A stretch of 64,000 bases of DNA from IMG/VR virus record IMGVR_UViG_3300032320_002770; one strand, given 5' to 3'. The notes below the pieces were generated by a model that saw only the letters and a program-made list of their open reading frames with translations, did no database searches and had not been told where the DNA came from. The translations under genes were made by a program, and so were the position numbers. The first letter of the stretch is position 1; each line of letters begins with the position of its first letter. Origin of the DNA: an uncultured virus (IMG/VR IMGVR_UViG_3300032320_002770). Taxonomy: Duplodnaviria; Heunggongvirae; Uroviricota; Caudoviricetes. Of the stretch, positions 39,687 through 49,357 are shown in pieces.

Positions 39687-40735
39687 ATAAACTTTTTTAA
39701 TGCTTGCTCCATATTGTATTTTGATTTTAAAGTTGCATCTAAATATGAATGTCCCCAATAAGAAGATGGTTCAAGAACTGCTCCTTCGCCCCACTCATTC
39801 CAAGCATTAATAAAAATCAACTGTTCTTCTTTTTCGAAATTTTTTTTAGTATAATCTATTGCTTGGTCTAACCATTCACCATAAGATTTAGGGGATGCAC
39901 CTAAAAATATAAAACCATTTGATTTTCTTCTAGCTGTATTATCAAATCCAGTCATAACGCCACGAAATAATTTAAAATCTACTTGTGTTTTTACAAAATT
40001 TGGCCATTGCATATAATTAGTCACATTGAATTGTGGCTTATTTTTCATATTATGGAATGCATAAAGATTCATAAGATGTGGAGGAAATTGATAAGATGCA
40101 TCAAATCCCAAATCATAAGGATTTTGAATCATATTCCAACTATGACATTTAATTAAGTAAATTTCTTTATTAAAATTAATTTTCATAAAATTACGCCAAA
40201 TATCAGTTGTTATTTTCATGTTTTTCCATAAATTTGTGCGATAAATAAGAATGACTGGTTTATTGTTAATTTTTGTATATCTATTATCTATAAGCATTGG
40301 GGCAATATCTTTTATAAAGTTTAAATCGTCTTCGAAGTTATGTTCTTGTTTGATTAAAACCTCTTGATCTTGACCATCCCAAGTTCTTGTCCAGTTTTCG
40401 TTTGCCCAACAAATTAGAAATGGCATATCCAAAGTTTGATCTTTAAAATGGCGATTTAATGGAACATCAAGCGTTCTTTTGCCATTGAATCTATAGTAGT
40501 AATAACACCAAGCATCAATACCATAATTTTGAGCTAGTTTAGCTTGTGCATGCCTAACCTCATCATTTTCTAAATTGTAATATCCTAATTCTGTTGGAGA
40601 ACCTATTTGATAATGATGTTTAAAATAACTTTCAGCTTTTTTTACATGATTCCATTCCGTAAATCCTTTCCCCCAAAAAAGATTGTTTTCTGGTGTTTCA
40701 TAAAATTGTGGGAGATAAAAAGCAATTAACTTCAT
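39683..40735 (-). CDS. WbsX-family (GH99-like) glycosyltransferase, copy 2
   Basis: Same motifs as copy 1. Confidence 0.9.
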   Translation of the reverse strand: MKLIAFYLPQFYETPENNLFWGKGFTEWNHVKKAESYFKHHYQIGSPTELGYYNLENDEVRHAQAKLAQNYGIDAWCYYYYRFNGKRTLDVPLNRHFKDQTLDMPFLICWANENWTRTWDGQDQEVLIKQEHNFEDDLNFIKDIAPMLIDNRYTKINNKPVILIYRTNLWKNMKITTDIWRNFMKINFNKEIYLIKCHSWNMIQNPYDLGFDASYQFPPHLMNLYAFHNMKNKPQFNVTNYMQWPNFVKTQVDFKLFRGVMTGFDNTARRKSNGFIFLGASPKSYGEWLDQAIDYTKKNFEKEEQLIFINAWNEWGEGAVLEPSSYWGHSYLDATLKSKYNMEQALKKFI

Positions 40736-40792
40736 TATTATGTATTATATATAAATCTAAATATAAATGCTAATATAGTGTAATATTTTCAT

Positions 40793-40867
40793 ATGACATT
40801 TTCTACTACTTTAGTTTGTTTTGCTGTGTTAGTTTATATATATTATTTAGTAGAGAGAGTTAAGTAA
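40793..40867 (+). CDS. Small hydrophobic protein MTFSTTLVCFAVLVYIYYLVERVK (not in ORF track)
   Basis: 24 codons, one TM-like stretch, GTGTAA motif 9 nt upstream. Confidence 0.5.
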   Translation: MTFSTTLVCFAVLVYIYYLVERVK

Positions 40868-40875
40868 AATATTAA

Positions 40876-41301
40876 TTAATTTACTGCTTGAATTGTGCCA
40901 AGTGTTCTGCCAGCGCCATTCCAATTTGTTGATGGTATAACTTGATTATTAGTCGAGGAATTTGTATAAGTAACATCATCTGCGAAAATTATCCAACAAG
41001 GTACATAAGGATTGAATATAGAAGGGCTATTAAAAAGAATTACTGGGTAATAATTAAATCCACCATCAGTAGTGTATCCATCGCCTAATAAGATATTGGG
41101 ATTATAGTAAAAAATTGTAATATCATTCCAAGTTCCACTACCTTTAATATAAGATCCATCTATAACAGTATCATTATAATAATTCTTCCATCCTCCTTGT
41201 AATAATATTGTTGATGGCAAAGGAGGACCTAGAGTAATCGGTGCAACAACACGATCTTTTGGAATTTTGAAGGTTGTATTTTTTTTAATTATTAAGCTCA
41301 T
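40876..41301 (-). CDS. Hypothetical protein, paralogue of 41307-41651
   Basis: Shared termini MSLIIKK and YTNSSTN..IPSTNW. Confidence 0.65.
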   Translation of the reverse strand: MSLIIKKNTTFKIPKDRVVAPITLGPPLPSTILLQGGWKNYYNDTVIDGSYIKGSGTWNDITIFYYNPNILLGDGYTTDGGFNYYPVILFNSPSIFNPYVPCWIIFADDVTYTNSSTNNQVIPSTNWNGAGRTLGTIQAVN

Positions 41302-41306
41302 ATTTT

Positions 41307-41651
41307 TTAAGCAGATGTGATGGTGATGGATGGCGACCAGTTAGTTGTGGGGATGGTGGTTGGATTAGTGGATGGGTTTGTGTATGTCGAGAGATCCCAA
41401 CCCGCACACCCAATTAATGGTCCATACAAGTATCTCCAACTACCGCCAGTAAACTCCAGTTCTCCAAGAAATCCAATGTCGGCGTAATCTGGATTACCGC
41501 CACAATCTTCAACATCCGTTACTACTCGACCACGATAAAGTGTGCTTGTTTCCTTGAGTAAGGTAAAACCATTGACATAAACAAAGTCAGTCCCAGCCAC
41601 AGGAATCCCAGCAGGAATTACAACAGCATCTCTTTTAACTATAAAAGCCAT
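41307..41651 (-). CDS. Hypothetical protein, paralogue of 40876-41301
   Basis: MAFIVKR and YTNPSTN..IPTTNW; visibly higher GC. Confidence 0.65.
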   Translation of the reverse strand: MAFIVKRDAVVIPAGIPVAGTDFVYVNGFTLLKETSTLYRGRVVTDVEDCGGNPDYADIGFLGELEFTGGSWRYLYGPLIGCAGWDLSTYTNPSTNPTTIPTTNWSPSITITSA

Positions 41652-41664
41652 AAATTATATTACA

Positions 41665-41931
41665 CTACTGTTTTAAATAGGTTTTGATATCTTTAATTAA
41701 CTTTTGCCTCTTATTATGTTCTAGTACTGTGATGAAAGTAGCAATTGATACTGGAAAGAATATTCTAAGAAAGAATTGAAGGTGATCTTCTTTACTTAAT
41801 AAATCAAAATAATTAATATAAAGGTCACTTAGCCCCCAAAGCGTAAAAAGTATCGCAGGAATGAAAGTGATAAAAAAGAACTTATCATAAGTTTTTAAAT
41901 TAGCCCACCAATTCTTAATTTTAATTAACAT
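41665..41931 (-). CDS. Two-TM membrane protein
   Basis: Two hydrophobic segments and a basic C-terminus. Confidence 0.6.
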   Translation of the reverse strand: MLIKIKNWWANLKTYDKFFFITFIPAILFTLWGLSDLYINYFDLLSKEDHLQFFLRIFFPVSIATFITVLEHNKRQKLIKDIKTYLKQ

Positions 41932-41949
41932 ACATAGGGCTTACACATC

Positions 41950-42861
41950 TTATCTGGTCATAGGTGGACCAAGATTGCTTCCTATTGGTGTGGCTAGTGA
42001 TGGATTAGGTGACGAAGTTACAGGTGGCACAAGATTGGGATTTAGTAAAGGATTAAATTGAGGATTGAATTGTTGAGAACCAGAAATTGCTCCTGCTCCA
42101 CTACCTACTGATGCAGGACTAGCTGATGCTTCAGAACCAGCAGCTGTATCAATATCAGGAACATTAGCTGCACTTGTTCTATTCGCCACTATATCATTTA
42201 TCTCGCTAGTAAAAGACATACCTTGAGCTTTTGCAGTTTCTTGTGCACTAGCAACACCTTTAATTAAAGCGTCATTAGCAAGTGGCGCTAATCCTTTTTC
42301 AGTAAATAAAGGTGATGAAGATGTTAGATCTTTAACATCAACAGATCGTGGAGTTGAAGATGTCATTCCATTTGGAGTTGCAGAAATTCCTTCACCAGAT
42401 TGTAATGTCATTGATTTACCATTTTTATCTGTTACTACAACTCCAGTAGTCGTTTCAGCAACAGCAATATGAGTGGCATCATCTTTTACATCAAACATTA
42501 CAGTACTACCATTAACTGCAGCTGTAACACTTCCTGTTGTTACTGTTATCGTTTCTGTTTCTGGATCTTTTGAAACAAGAAATGTTCCTTTGTCGCATTT
42601 AACTAATCTCTCTTGTTTAACAAATGAAAATAAAGCATTTGCGCCGATGCGAGTTATTGATTTATCATCTAATGATAATTCGACCATACTCTGCTCGCCA
42701 GTTCCAACTTGAGCATCTGATGCTATTTTATCATTTAAAACTGCTGAGACTTTATTTGTGTTTTGAACTGTATATACGTTATTTTTTAAAAATGATACAA
42801 ATGATGCAGAAGCACTATGAGTTGATAATGCTAATATAGCTAGATAAATTAATGTTCTCAT
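41950..42861 (-). CDS. Secreted FecR-domain protein
   Basis: Signal peptide; VGTGEQSMVELSLDDKSITRIGANALF...T.SVTAAVNGS; low-complexity tail. Confidence 0.75.
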   Translation of the reverse strand: MRTLIYLAILALSTHSASASFVSFLKNNVYTVQNTNKVSAVLNDKIASDAQVGTGEQSMVELSLDDKSITRIGANALFSFVKQERLVKCDKGTFLVSKDPETETITVTTGSVTAAVNGSTVMFDVKDDATHIAVAETTTGVVVTDKNGKSMTLQSGEGISATPNGMTSSTPRSVDVKDLTSSSPLFTEKGLAPLANDALIKGVASAQETAKAQGMSFTSEINDIVANRTSAANVPDIDTAAGSEASASPASVGSGAGAISGSQQFNPQFNPLLNPNLVPPVTSSPNPSLATPIGSNLGPPMTR

Positions 42862-42897
42862 AATCTATTAGACAGGTAAAGTTAAGATTCATTAGAT

Positions 42898-43212
42898 TTA
42901 ATTTGTGCATAAATTTGGTTTTAATCTTATTCTTTTTCTCATATAACCTATGCATATATAATGTTCATTTGTGTCTATAACTGGTTTTGGTTTTGGTTGC
43001 AGGCTTAATATCCAAGGTTGACTATTCTCGCCTATTGGTTCTGCTCTACATATAAAAGATGAACCTTCATCAACTGGCACATATTCAAAATCAAGACCAA
43101 GATTATATTGCTTTATAGGTCCAACATTTTTTGTGTAGAAAAACGCACAAACTGCACCTATTGGAAATAACATAAAATAAAGTAACAACTCTAATCTAAT
43201 GAAAGATTTCAT
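42898..43212 (-). CDS. Hypothetical membrane-anchored protein
   Basis: N-terminal hydrophobic segment. Confidence 0.5.
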   Translation of the reverse strand: MKSFIRLELLLYFMLFPIGAVCAFFYTKNVGPIKQYNLGLDFEYVPVDEGSSFICRAEPIGENSQPWILSLQPKPKPVIDTNEHYICIGYMRKRIRLKPNLCTN

Positions 43213-43451
43213 TTTAATACTAATTTATTTGTTTTCTTTTTTAAATGAATTAAAGAACTATTACTATTCATAATAACAAGAGGATGATTGACGGCTAGTT
43301 CGTTATAATATAAATCTTCCGCTTTACTTTTCTCTTCATTTAATGCTATACGCATTTTGTCATCGATTGTGTTATCTTTAAAATAAAGACTTAATATCCA
43401 TAAAGCTATTGCTGTAAATAAACTGCAAATATATATTTCTATATTATTCAT
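43209..43451 (-). CDS. Hypothetical membrane-anchored protein
   Basis: N-terminal TM; ATGA-type coupling to neighbours. Confidence 0.5.
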   Translation of the reverse strand: MNNIEIYICSLFTAIALWILSLYFKDNTIDDKMRIALNEEKSKAEDLYYNELAVNHPLVIMNSNSSLIHLKKKTNKLVLK

Positions 43452-43666
43452 TGTATTATAAAGATAGAATATCTTCCATTACCCAAGCATTGATAATAGT
43501 AGCTATAATTTTCTTCTCCATTTTTATATACCCCAAAAATATCATCTTGAAAATGTTCTTTTAATGATACTGTTTGATGCTCTCCAATCTGTTTCGTTAT
43601 CCAATTACAGACTTCTTTTACATCTCCTTCAAAAATTACTTTTTTTCCATGAGTTGCGTATTGCAT
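43448..43666 (-). CDS. Hypothetical protein
   Basis: 72-aa ORF within the operon. Confidence 0.5.
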   Translation of the reverse strand: MQYATHGKKVIFEGDVKEVCNWITKQIGEHQTVSLKEHFQDDIFGVYKNGEENYSYYYQCLGNGRYSIFIIQ

Positions 43667-43905
43667 TTTTCAACTCCAGATGCAGTTTGAATATCTAAAT
43701 TATTTTTATTTTGCTTCATTAATATTGATCCTATCATAGTTAATATTAAAAAGCAAGCAAAAACTAATCCATAATGTGTTTTTTGTTGAGCTTTCTTTTT
43801 GGCTCTATATTGATGAAAATTAATTATAAAGTCTTCTGTGTCCCTTTTGGATGGAAGGCTCTTTTCGTAATTATCTAATAATAGGTTTCTCATTTGATGT
43901 TCCAT
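43636..43905 (-). CDS. Single-pass membrane protein (anti-sigma-like topology)
   Basis: Soluble N-terminus, basic patch, one TM. Confidence 0.5.
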   Translation of the reverse strand: MEHQMRNLLLDNYEKSLPSKRDTEDFIINFHQYRAKKKAQQKTHYGLVFACFLILTMIGSILMKQNKNNLDIQTASGVEKCNTQLMEKK

Positions 43906-43913
43906 TATTTATT

Positions 43914-44582
43914 CTATCTCGCTTTTGTATCAGATTCTAATATTACACTTCCATCTGTTTTTAAAAGATTTCTTACTTTACCATGTGGATTTTTAATTGT
44001 TCGATTTAAAGTTGTAGTAGAATGATTAGTAAAAGCTTTTGTGAGGTCAACTAGAAAATAATCATTTGTATCTACATTGATTAATTTCTCTGAATTTTGT
44101 GTGCCAAATTGTCCACCTGCACCACCAAAACAAGATCCTCTTTTCCATATTAAGGGATGCTTTTCATTATGAGCTGGACAAGTAAATACTGGATTGCTTT
44201 TTCTCTTTTTTTTTCCTAAAGATTTAGTAGTTATATAATTAGTAAGATAATATTCAAGATTAGATGTATCTACAACATTTGATGTATCTCCTCCAAATCT
44301 AGAATCACTAATAAATGAATTAATTGTTTGATCATTAGGGCCTGGAGGAAGCCAACCATCATTATCGCCTGCAAATAAAAAGATTGCTGTACCTACTTGT
44401 TTCATATTTGATGCACAAGCGGCTTGAGAAGATTTTCTTTTAACAGCTGCATATCCTGGAAATCCTAAAGATCCAATTAATCCAATTATAACTATTACAA
44501 CGGCCATTTCAACTAATGTAAAACCAAAATGAGTACGTCTTAATAATCTTAAGTGCTCTAAGAATGATTTTGATGTTGGCAT
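43914..44582 (-). CDS. Prepilin-type N-terminal cleavage/methylation protein with H-X9-DG motif
   Basis: GFTLVEMAVVIVIIGL..., CASNMKQVG...DNDGWLP, CP, PH-GKVRNLLKT-DG. Confidence 0.92.
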   Translation of the reverse strand: MPTSKSFLEHLRLLRRTHFGFTLVEMAVVIVIIGLIGSLGFPGYAAVKRKSSQAACASNMKQVGTAIFLFAGDNDGWLPPGPNDQTINSFISDSRFGGDTSNVVDTSNLEYYLTNYITTKSLGKKKRKSNPVFTCPAHNEKHPLIWKRGSCFGGAGGQFGTQNSEKLINVDTNDYFLVDLTKAFTNHSTTTLNRTIKNPHGKVRNLLKTDGSVILESDTKAR

Positions 44583-46549
44583 TTTTTTCTCCTTATAGCT
44601 TTGAGTGTTATCAAGCTAGCAATACCAAACATTATGAGTGAGCCTGTAGAAGGTTCGGGTATGACACCAACTGTACCGTCCAAAGTGAAGTTGCTAACAT
44701 TCCACTTGAGATCTGTACTGGGAGTATTGAGATTAGGGAGTGCAGCTTCTAATACTGCTACGTCAAATGAACTCATGTCTGTTGAACCCCAATCAAATAA
44801 ATCATATATATTGCCATCTGCATATGTATAATTATCTAGTGTCTCAAATGTAAAATTTGTATTTGCTCCAAGAGTTAACGCACTGGTTACGTTCATAGCG
44901 TCATATGTGATTCCTCTAGTAGTTGGTGCGCCTAATTGGAATTGGAATGTTCCATTACTTCCATTCAACTCATAAGCAGTTAGCAGGCCAGGACTATTGC
45001 CAGGGGCCACAGTACCACCATTTAAAGTTAAACCTTGCACACTACCAGAACCTTTTAAAGTACCACCAGTATTAACTAACACATCTCCTGCACTTCCATT
45101 CATGGTTAACAAGCTTCCATTGATAGTGGTGCTGCCAATAGAGCCACCAGAATTAACTGTAGCTGTACCAGAGTTGACTGTTACAGTACCAGCCGTTCCA
45201 TCCACTAACAATGTTCCGCCACCTACTGTTGTAGTACCTACTGTACCACCATTATTTACTAACAAGGTCCCACTATTGACTGCTACACCACCAGCGATGC
45301 CTCTAACACGCATAGTGCCACCTGATACTACAGCAGCACTGGAAGCAATGGAGCCTGTAGTTTCAACTACCAATGTACCATCTTGAACAAGAGTTTCTCC
45401 ATTGTAAGAATTAATCGCTTCAAATGTAACTGTTCCTGTGCCTGATTTCGTTAACCCTCTAAGTACAGGTCCCGTGTTGAGTAATGATCCTTTGAAAAGA
45501 AAATCTCCAACACCACCAAGCAAACTGTTATCTGCTGTAGTTGATCCAATATCCAATGTACCGTTAAACTGCACAAGCAAGTTAGTACTATTGTTAAACA
45601 ATCTTCTCCCTCCGCTATTGGCTGCAGATGATGTTAATATATTAGCAGCATTAGTAAATTGAAGTAATGTTTTACCTTCACCTCGACTAGTAAAATTCAT
45701 ATTATTGCCTTGATATTGATTCATAACAAAAGTTGTAATAGCATTTGTCTCATTTCCAATAAGATCCAATGTGCCCATAGTAGCTAAACTTGTTGATCCT
45801 TTTAAGCTGTTAAGATTGGACAATCCATTCGTAGTGTTGATTCTAAGTATGGGCATGTTGGTTGTGCCACTGGTTCCACCCAATGTTACCAAACTTTGAC
45901 CAACGCCAGTGCCTCCATTCACAATGACTGTTCCACCTCCTGTGATGTCAAATCCACCGCCCAGAGTATTTGTGCCATTGAATGTGACTGTGCCATTGCC
46001 TGTGTATATAACTTTACCAGCAGTTGATAACCCTCCTTGTTTTAATTCTTTATTGAATGTGAATGCACCGTCTCCTGCTAGAGTTAATGTTCTGGATGTA
46101 CTAGAAGAAGCAGTAGTAAGTGAAGCTACATTATTGAATACCAATGCTCCACCTGCAGTTTGAAACCAGGTATTACTATTGTTAGCATTTTCTAATAATA
46201 TGTTAAATGTTTGAGTAGCAGTAGAATTATTGGTGATACCTCTGCTAGTTGATAATGTTTGAGTACCATTGAAGCTGTTGATATTATATGGATTTGCGTT
46301 GGTCAAGAATGTTATATTCTGTGCAGCTCTAGTAGAAGTTAAAATAACAGTATTGTTACTTGCTCCAAAATTACCAAACTGAATTTCATCTGTAGTAGTA
46401 CTAGAACTTGTAGATGCAGGTTGCAGTCCATTAGTCCAACTCGTTGGAGATGTCCAATTTGTTCCAGTATTATTCCATAAGAAGACTACTGCTTGTGAAT
46501 TAGCAGTTAGTGTTATTGCTGTTAGTATTGTTAGTATTATTTTTTTCAT
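44558..46549 (-). CDS. PEP-CTERM protein with autotransporter-associated beta-strand repeats
   Basis: Signal peptide; GLTKSGTGTVTF...NSYNGETLVQDGTL, APGNSPG; IPEPST + TM + RRKK. Confidence 0.92.
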   Translation of the reverse strand: MKKIILTILTAITLTANSQAVVFLWNNTGTNWTSPTSWTNGLQPASTSSSTTTDEIQFGNFGASNNTVILTSTRAAQNITFLTNANPYNINSFNGTQTLSTSRGITNNSTATQTFNILLENANNSNTWFQTAGGALVFNNVASLTTASSSTSRTLTLAGDGAFTFNKELKQGGLSTAGKVIYTGNGTVTFNGTNTLGGGFDITGGGTVIVNGGTGVGQSLVTLGGTSGTTNMPILRINTTNGLSNLNSLKGSTSLATMGTLDLIGNETNAITTFVMNQYQGNNMNFTSRGEGKTLLQFTNAANILTSSAANSGGRRLFNNSTNLLVQFNGTLDIGSTTADNSLLGGVGDFLFKGSLLNTGPVLRGLTKSGTGTVTFEAINSYNGETLVQDGTLVVETTGSIASSAAVVSGGTMRVRGIAGGVAVNSGTLLVNNGGTVGTTTVGGGTLLVDGTAGTVTVNSGTATVNSGGSIGSTTINGSLLTMNGSAGDVLVNTGGTLKGSGSVQGLTLNGGTVAPGNSPGLLTAYELNGSNGTFQFQLGAPTTRGITYDAMNVTSALTLGANTNFTFETLDNYTYADGNIYDLFDWGSTDMSSFDVAVLEAALPNLNTPSTDLKWNVSNFTLDGTVGVIPEPSTGSLIMFGIASLITLKAIRRKKCQHQNHS

Positions 46550-47397
46550 ATTTTTCTTTTTCTCCATGCAAGAAATAATGCAATCGGAATTAGGCTAATC
46601 GTAAGAGGTTCTGGAATTGTAATAGCATCAAATGTCGCTAAACTAAAAGGTGCGATACTTTGAGTGCCAGCTAATTGCCATACTGATACTGTGAATGTTT
46701 CATTCACCAATGCATCAATTTCAAATATAGCCATGTCTGGATTGCCATCTCTGGCTAATTGAGTAGAAAGAACTGTGCCTGTTCTGGCGCTGTACACACC
46801 CACATAATCTGGGGCATACAAGCCATTAGCAGCTGTATCCACAGTTAAACCAAATCTGAATGAGGTTGGAGCATTTATAGTAAAGCTTAAAGCTTCACCA
46901 AAATAACCATTGTTAGATCCTGTAGGTGTATCATAAGGACCATTGCCTACTGGCACCGACAATGCACCTTGTCTGTAAAGCAAAGAACCATCAGGACCTC
47001 TAAAAATATTATAACCACCATAGTTAACAAATGTACCTGATCCTCCAGAGAATGCACTAACAAAAGATGGAGTTAAGCTTAATGAAGGATTGGAACTTGC
47101 ATCTGTCCCAAGAAGGTTTCCAGAGCCTGTGGCTTCGCCAATGTTTGCTGAACCTGGATCCCAAGGCATAGGGCGTATCTGAATATAGCCAGAAGAACCA
47201 TATACATCGCCTCCTACATCATAAGCTTTAGATACACTAGCGTTCGACCAATTTTGTACTGAGTAGCCATTGTTTGCGCTTCCTGTTTCTGTGCCTAAAA
47301 AAGTAACCGCAGAATTACCTTGATTAGAGCATAAAAAAACCGCAATTAAACTTGCGGTTGTGTTTTTTAGTAACCTTTTTAGTAGGTTTATTTTCAT
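46546..47397 (-). CDS. PEP-CTERM sorting-domain protein
   Basis: Signal-like N-terminus; IPEP + TM + RKRK. Confidence 0.85.
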   Translation of the reverse strand: MKINLLKRLLKNTTASLIAVFLCSNQGNSAVTFLGTETGSANNGYSVQNWSNASVSKAYDVGGDVYGSSGYIQIRPMPWDPGSANIGEATGSGNLLGTDASSNPSLSLTPSFVSAFSGGSGTFVNYGGYNIFRGPDGSLLYRQGALSVPVGNGPYDTPTGSNNGYFGEALSFTINAPTSFRFGLTVDTAANGLYAPDYVGVYSARTGTVLSTQLARDGNPDMAIFEIDALVNETFTVSVWQLAGTQSIAPFSLATFDAITIPEPLTISLIPIALFLAWRKRKI

Positions 47398-47549
47398 GAT
47401 ATTAGTTTACTCCTTCTTGTGTTCATCTAAATGAATAGACATGTATATATATTTTTTGTTCATTTTATTTTTTGGATATAGATGCTTAGTCATTTATATA
47501 AAAATGCCTTTAATAATATTATATTGTAAATTTTTGTTTATGTACAATT

Positions 47550-48284
47550 TTATTTCTCATCATTCCTTTGCTCTTCTGACGATCCACACCAAGCATTGTG
47601 TTTAATATTTCCGAAACGATTTATAAAATCAATTTTTATACTTTGTTTAACATATAAAAAATGGTGTGTACCGCGAGGATATGCGCTCTGAGATCTACTA
47701 TGAACTACTAAGTTATTCATTTGAGCTATTTTAATATTATGCCATTTACAATAATGCATTAATATATATTGAGATGTCCACCATGATGTTGAATCATATG
47801 TAGAATCATAAGGAAAGATTTTATCTTCAAAAAATATATCTTTCGCAAAACAATTAAACATCGCATCGAACCATAACCCAACTGAAACTAATGGTCTTCC
47901 ATCAGGAATAAAAGCTCTTGGGAAGTAAAAAGGATGATATGGTATGGCAATTTTGAAATCTAAATTGTTGTCTGTAATATATGTTAATATAACTTCACAA
48001 ATTTCAAAACCTTTTTTTTGACGCATCTGAAAACCTTTAATTTTAGGAAAATCAAATACGGCATCATCGTCTAAAAATATGTACCAATCATAGTCTTTTA
48101 AATTATTTTCAATAACATATTCTCTGAGTTTATTTCTTCCTGTTGTCCAAGTAGAATTAGGAAAAAAAATATTAGTATCTTTTGTATTCTCTTTATAAGA
48201 AAGTAATACTTTATCTTTTGTTTTAAGGCAATCATATGCTTTTGGTAACATGCCAGAAGTTTGAATTAAATATAAACACTTCAT
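47550..48284 (-). CDS. Hypothetical protein, possibly GT-A fold
   Basis: TWTTGRN...YIFLDDD. Confidence 0.5.
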   Translation of the reverse strand: MKCLYLIQTSGMLPKAYDCLKTKDKVLLSYKENTKDTNIFFPNSTWTTGRNKLREYVIENNLKDYDWYIFLDDDAVFDFPKIKGFQMRQKKGFEICEVILTYITDNNLDFKIAIPYHPFYFPRAFIPDGRPLVSVGLWFDAMFNCFAKDIFFEDKIFPYDSTYDSTSWWTSQYILMHYCKWHNIKIAQMNNLVVHSRSQSAYPRGTHHFLYVKQSIKIDFINRFGNIKHNAWCGSSEEQRNDEK

Positions 48285-48316
48285 ATATTTATAATATAAA
48301 ATATTTATATAAATAT

Positions 48317-49333
48317 TTAATTTATTTTTTTGAGCTGTATCTCTGTTTTACCAAGCGTATCGCCTTTTTTCCAACTTACTCCATCGTTTGTACATTCATA
48401 AACTACTGCATATCCCATATCTTCTGGTAGATCACGAATTTCTTTAACCGTTCCTTCGCTACCATAATGCTTGCATTGAGCGTTAATATTTTTAACTTTA
48501 TCTCCAACTTTAAACATAGAAGAAGCTTCGCTCTCTTCCATCTCTTCGTTTTCTTTGTTAAACATTACATAATTATGAATTGTAATCATATAATCTTCAG
48601 CAAGGATTGCCATTTGTTGTAAGAATGGTTCTGTAAGATTTTCTTTTACCATTGGGTCATTTAATTTATTTAAAATATTTTGTGCATGAGTTTGAATGGA
48701 AGTAATAGACCCAATAATCATACCGTAAAAATCTTCTTTATAATCTTCAAATTCGTCTGCTGGATCTTCTATTTCTTCAACTTGAGAAAGGGTTTGATCT
48801 ATTTTTAAAATCTTAATTTGATCAAATTCTGTTTCTCCATCCCATTCATAGTCTTCATTTTCATAATCTGAGCCTTGTGCTTTTTTAAGGGCTTCTTGAG
48901 TTGGCCGATCTTTCGATCCTGGTTTTGCTGGACGATAATTTTTACCCATTCTTTTTTTCTTTTGTTGGATATTATACCAAAGTCCTTTATTTTTAGCTTG
49001 AATATCTGCTTCTAAAATTATTTCTTCTTCATTCGCAGTAATTTTATTAACTGATTTTTTGCTCCACATTTTACAAGACCAGTAATTAGCTTTCCATTTT
49101 GGACCAGGATTATCGCAACCGTGTCTTGCTCTGTAAGCTTTGCGTCTTTCGGGATTATCTCTTTTGATAGACATATTTGGATCACCAAAAGTAACTTTTA
49201 CAATATTACCTTTATCGTTTTTTACATAAACACCAAATTTCTTTTTACTACCAGAAGGTAATCTAAAGGGCTTATTTAATGGAGCTTTACCTTTTTTGGC
49301 TGCTTTTAATTGTTCTGAGAAGTCTATTTCCAT
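48317..49333 (-). CDS. Multidomain phage protein (basic N-terminal RARH..C..YWSC module, acidic middle, SH3-like C-terminus)
   Basis: KVTFGD...RARHGCD...ANYWSC; FKVGDKV...GTV. Confidence 0.7.
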   Translation of the reverse strand: MEIDFSEQLKAAKKGKAPLNKPFRLPSGSKKKFGVYVKNDKGNIVKVTFGDPNMSIKRDNPERRKAYRARHGCDNPGPKWKANYWSCKMWSKKSVNKITANEEEIILEADIQAKNKGLWYNIQQKKKRMGKNYRPAKPGSKDRPTQEALKKAQGSDYENEDYEWDGETEFDQIKILKIDQTLSQVEEIEDPADEFEDYKEDFYGMIIGSITSIQTHAQNILNKLNDPMVKENLTEPFLQQMAILAEDYMITIHNYVMFNKENEEMEESEASSMFKVGDKVKNINAQCKHYGSEGTVKEIRDLPEDMGYAVVYECTNDGVSWKKGDTLGKTEIQLKKIN

Positions 49334-49357
49334 GATATATACTTATTACACTAAAGT

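Noticed and set aside
31783..41651. Diversity-generating retroelement acting on fibre genes
   Set aside because: No reverse transcriptase and no template/variable repeat pair differing only at adenines seen
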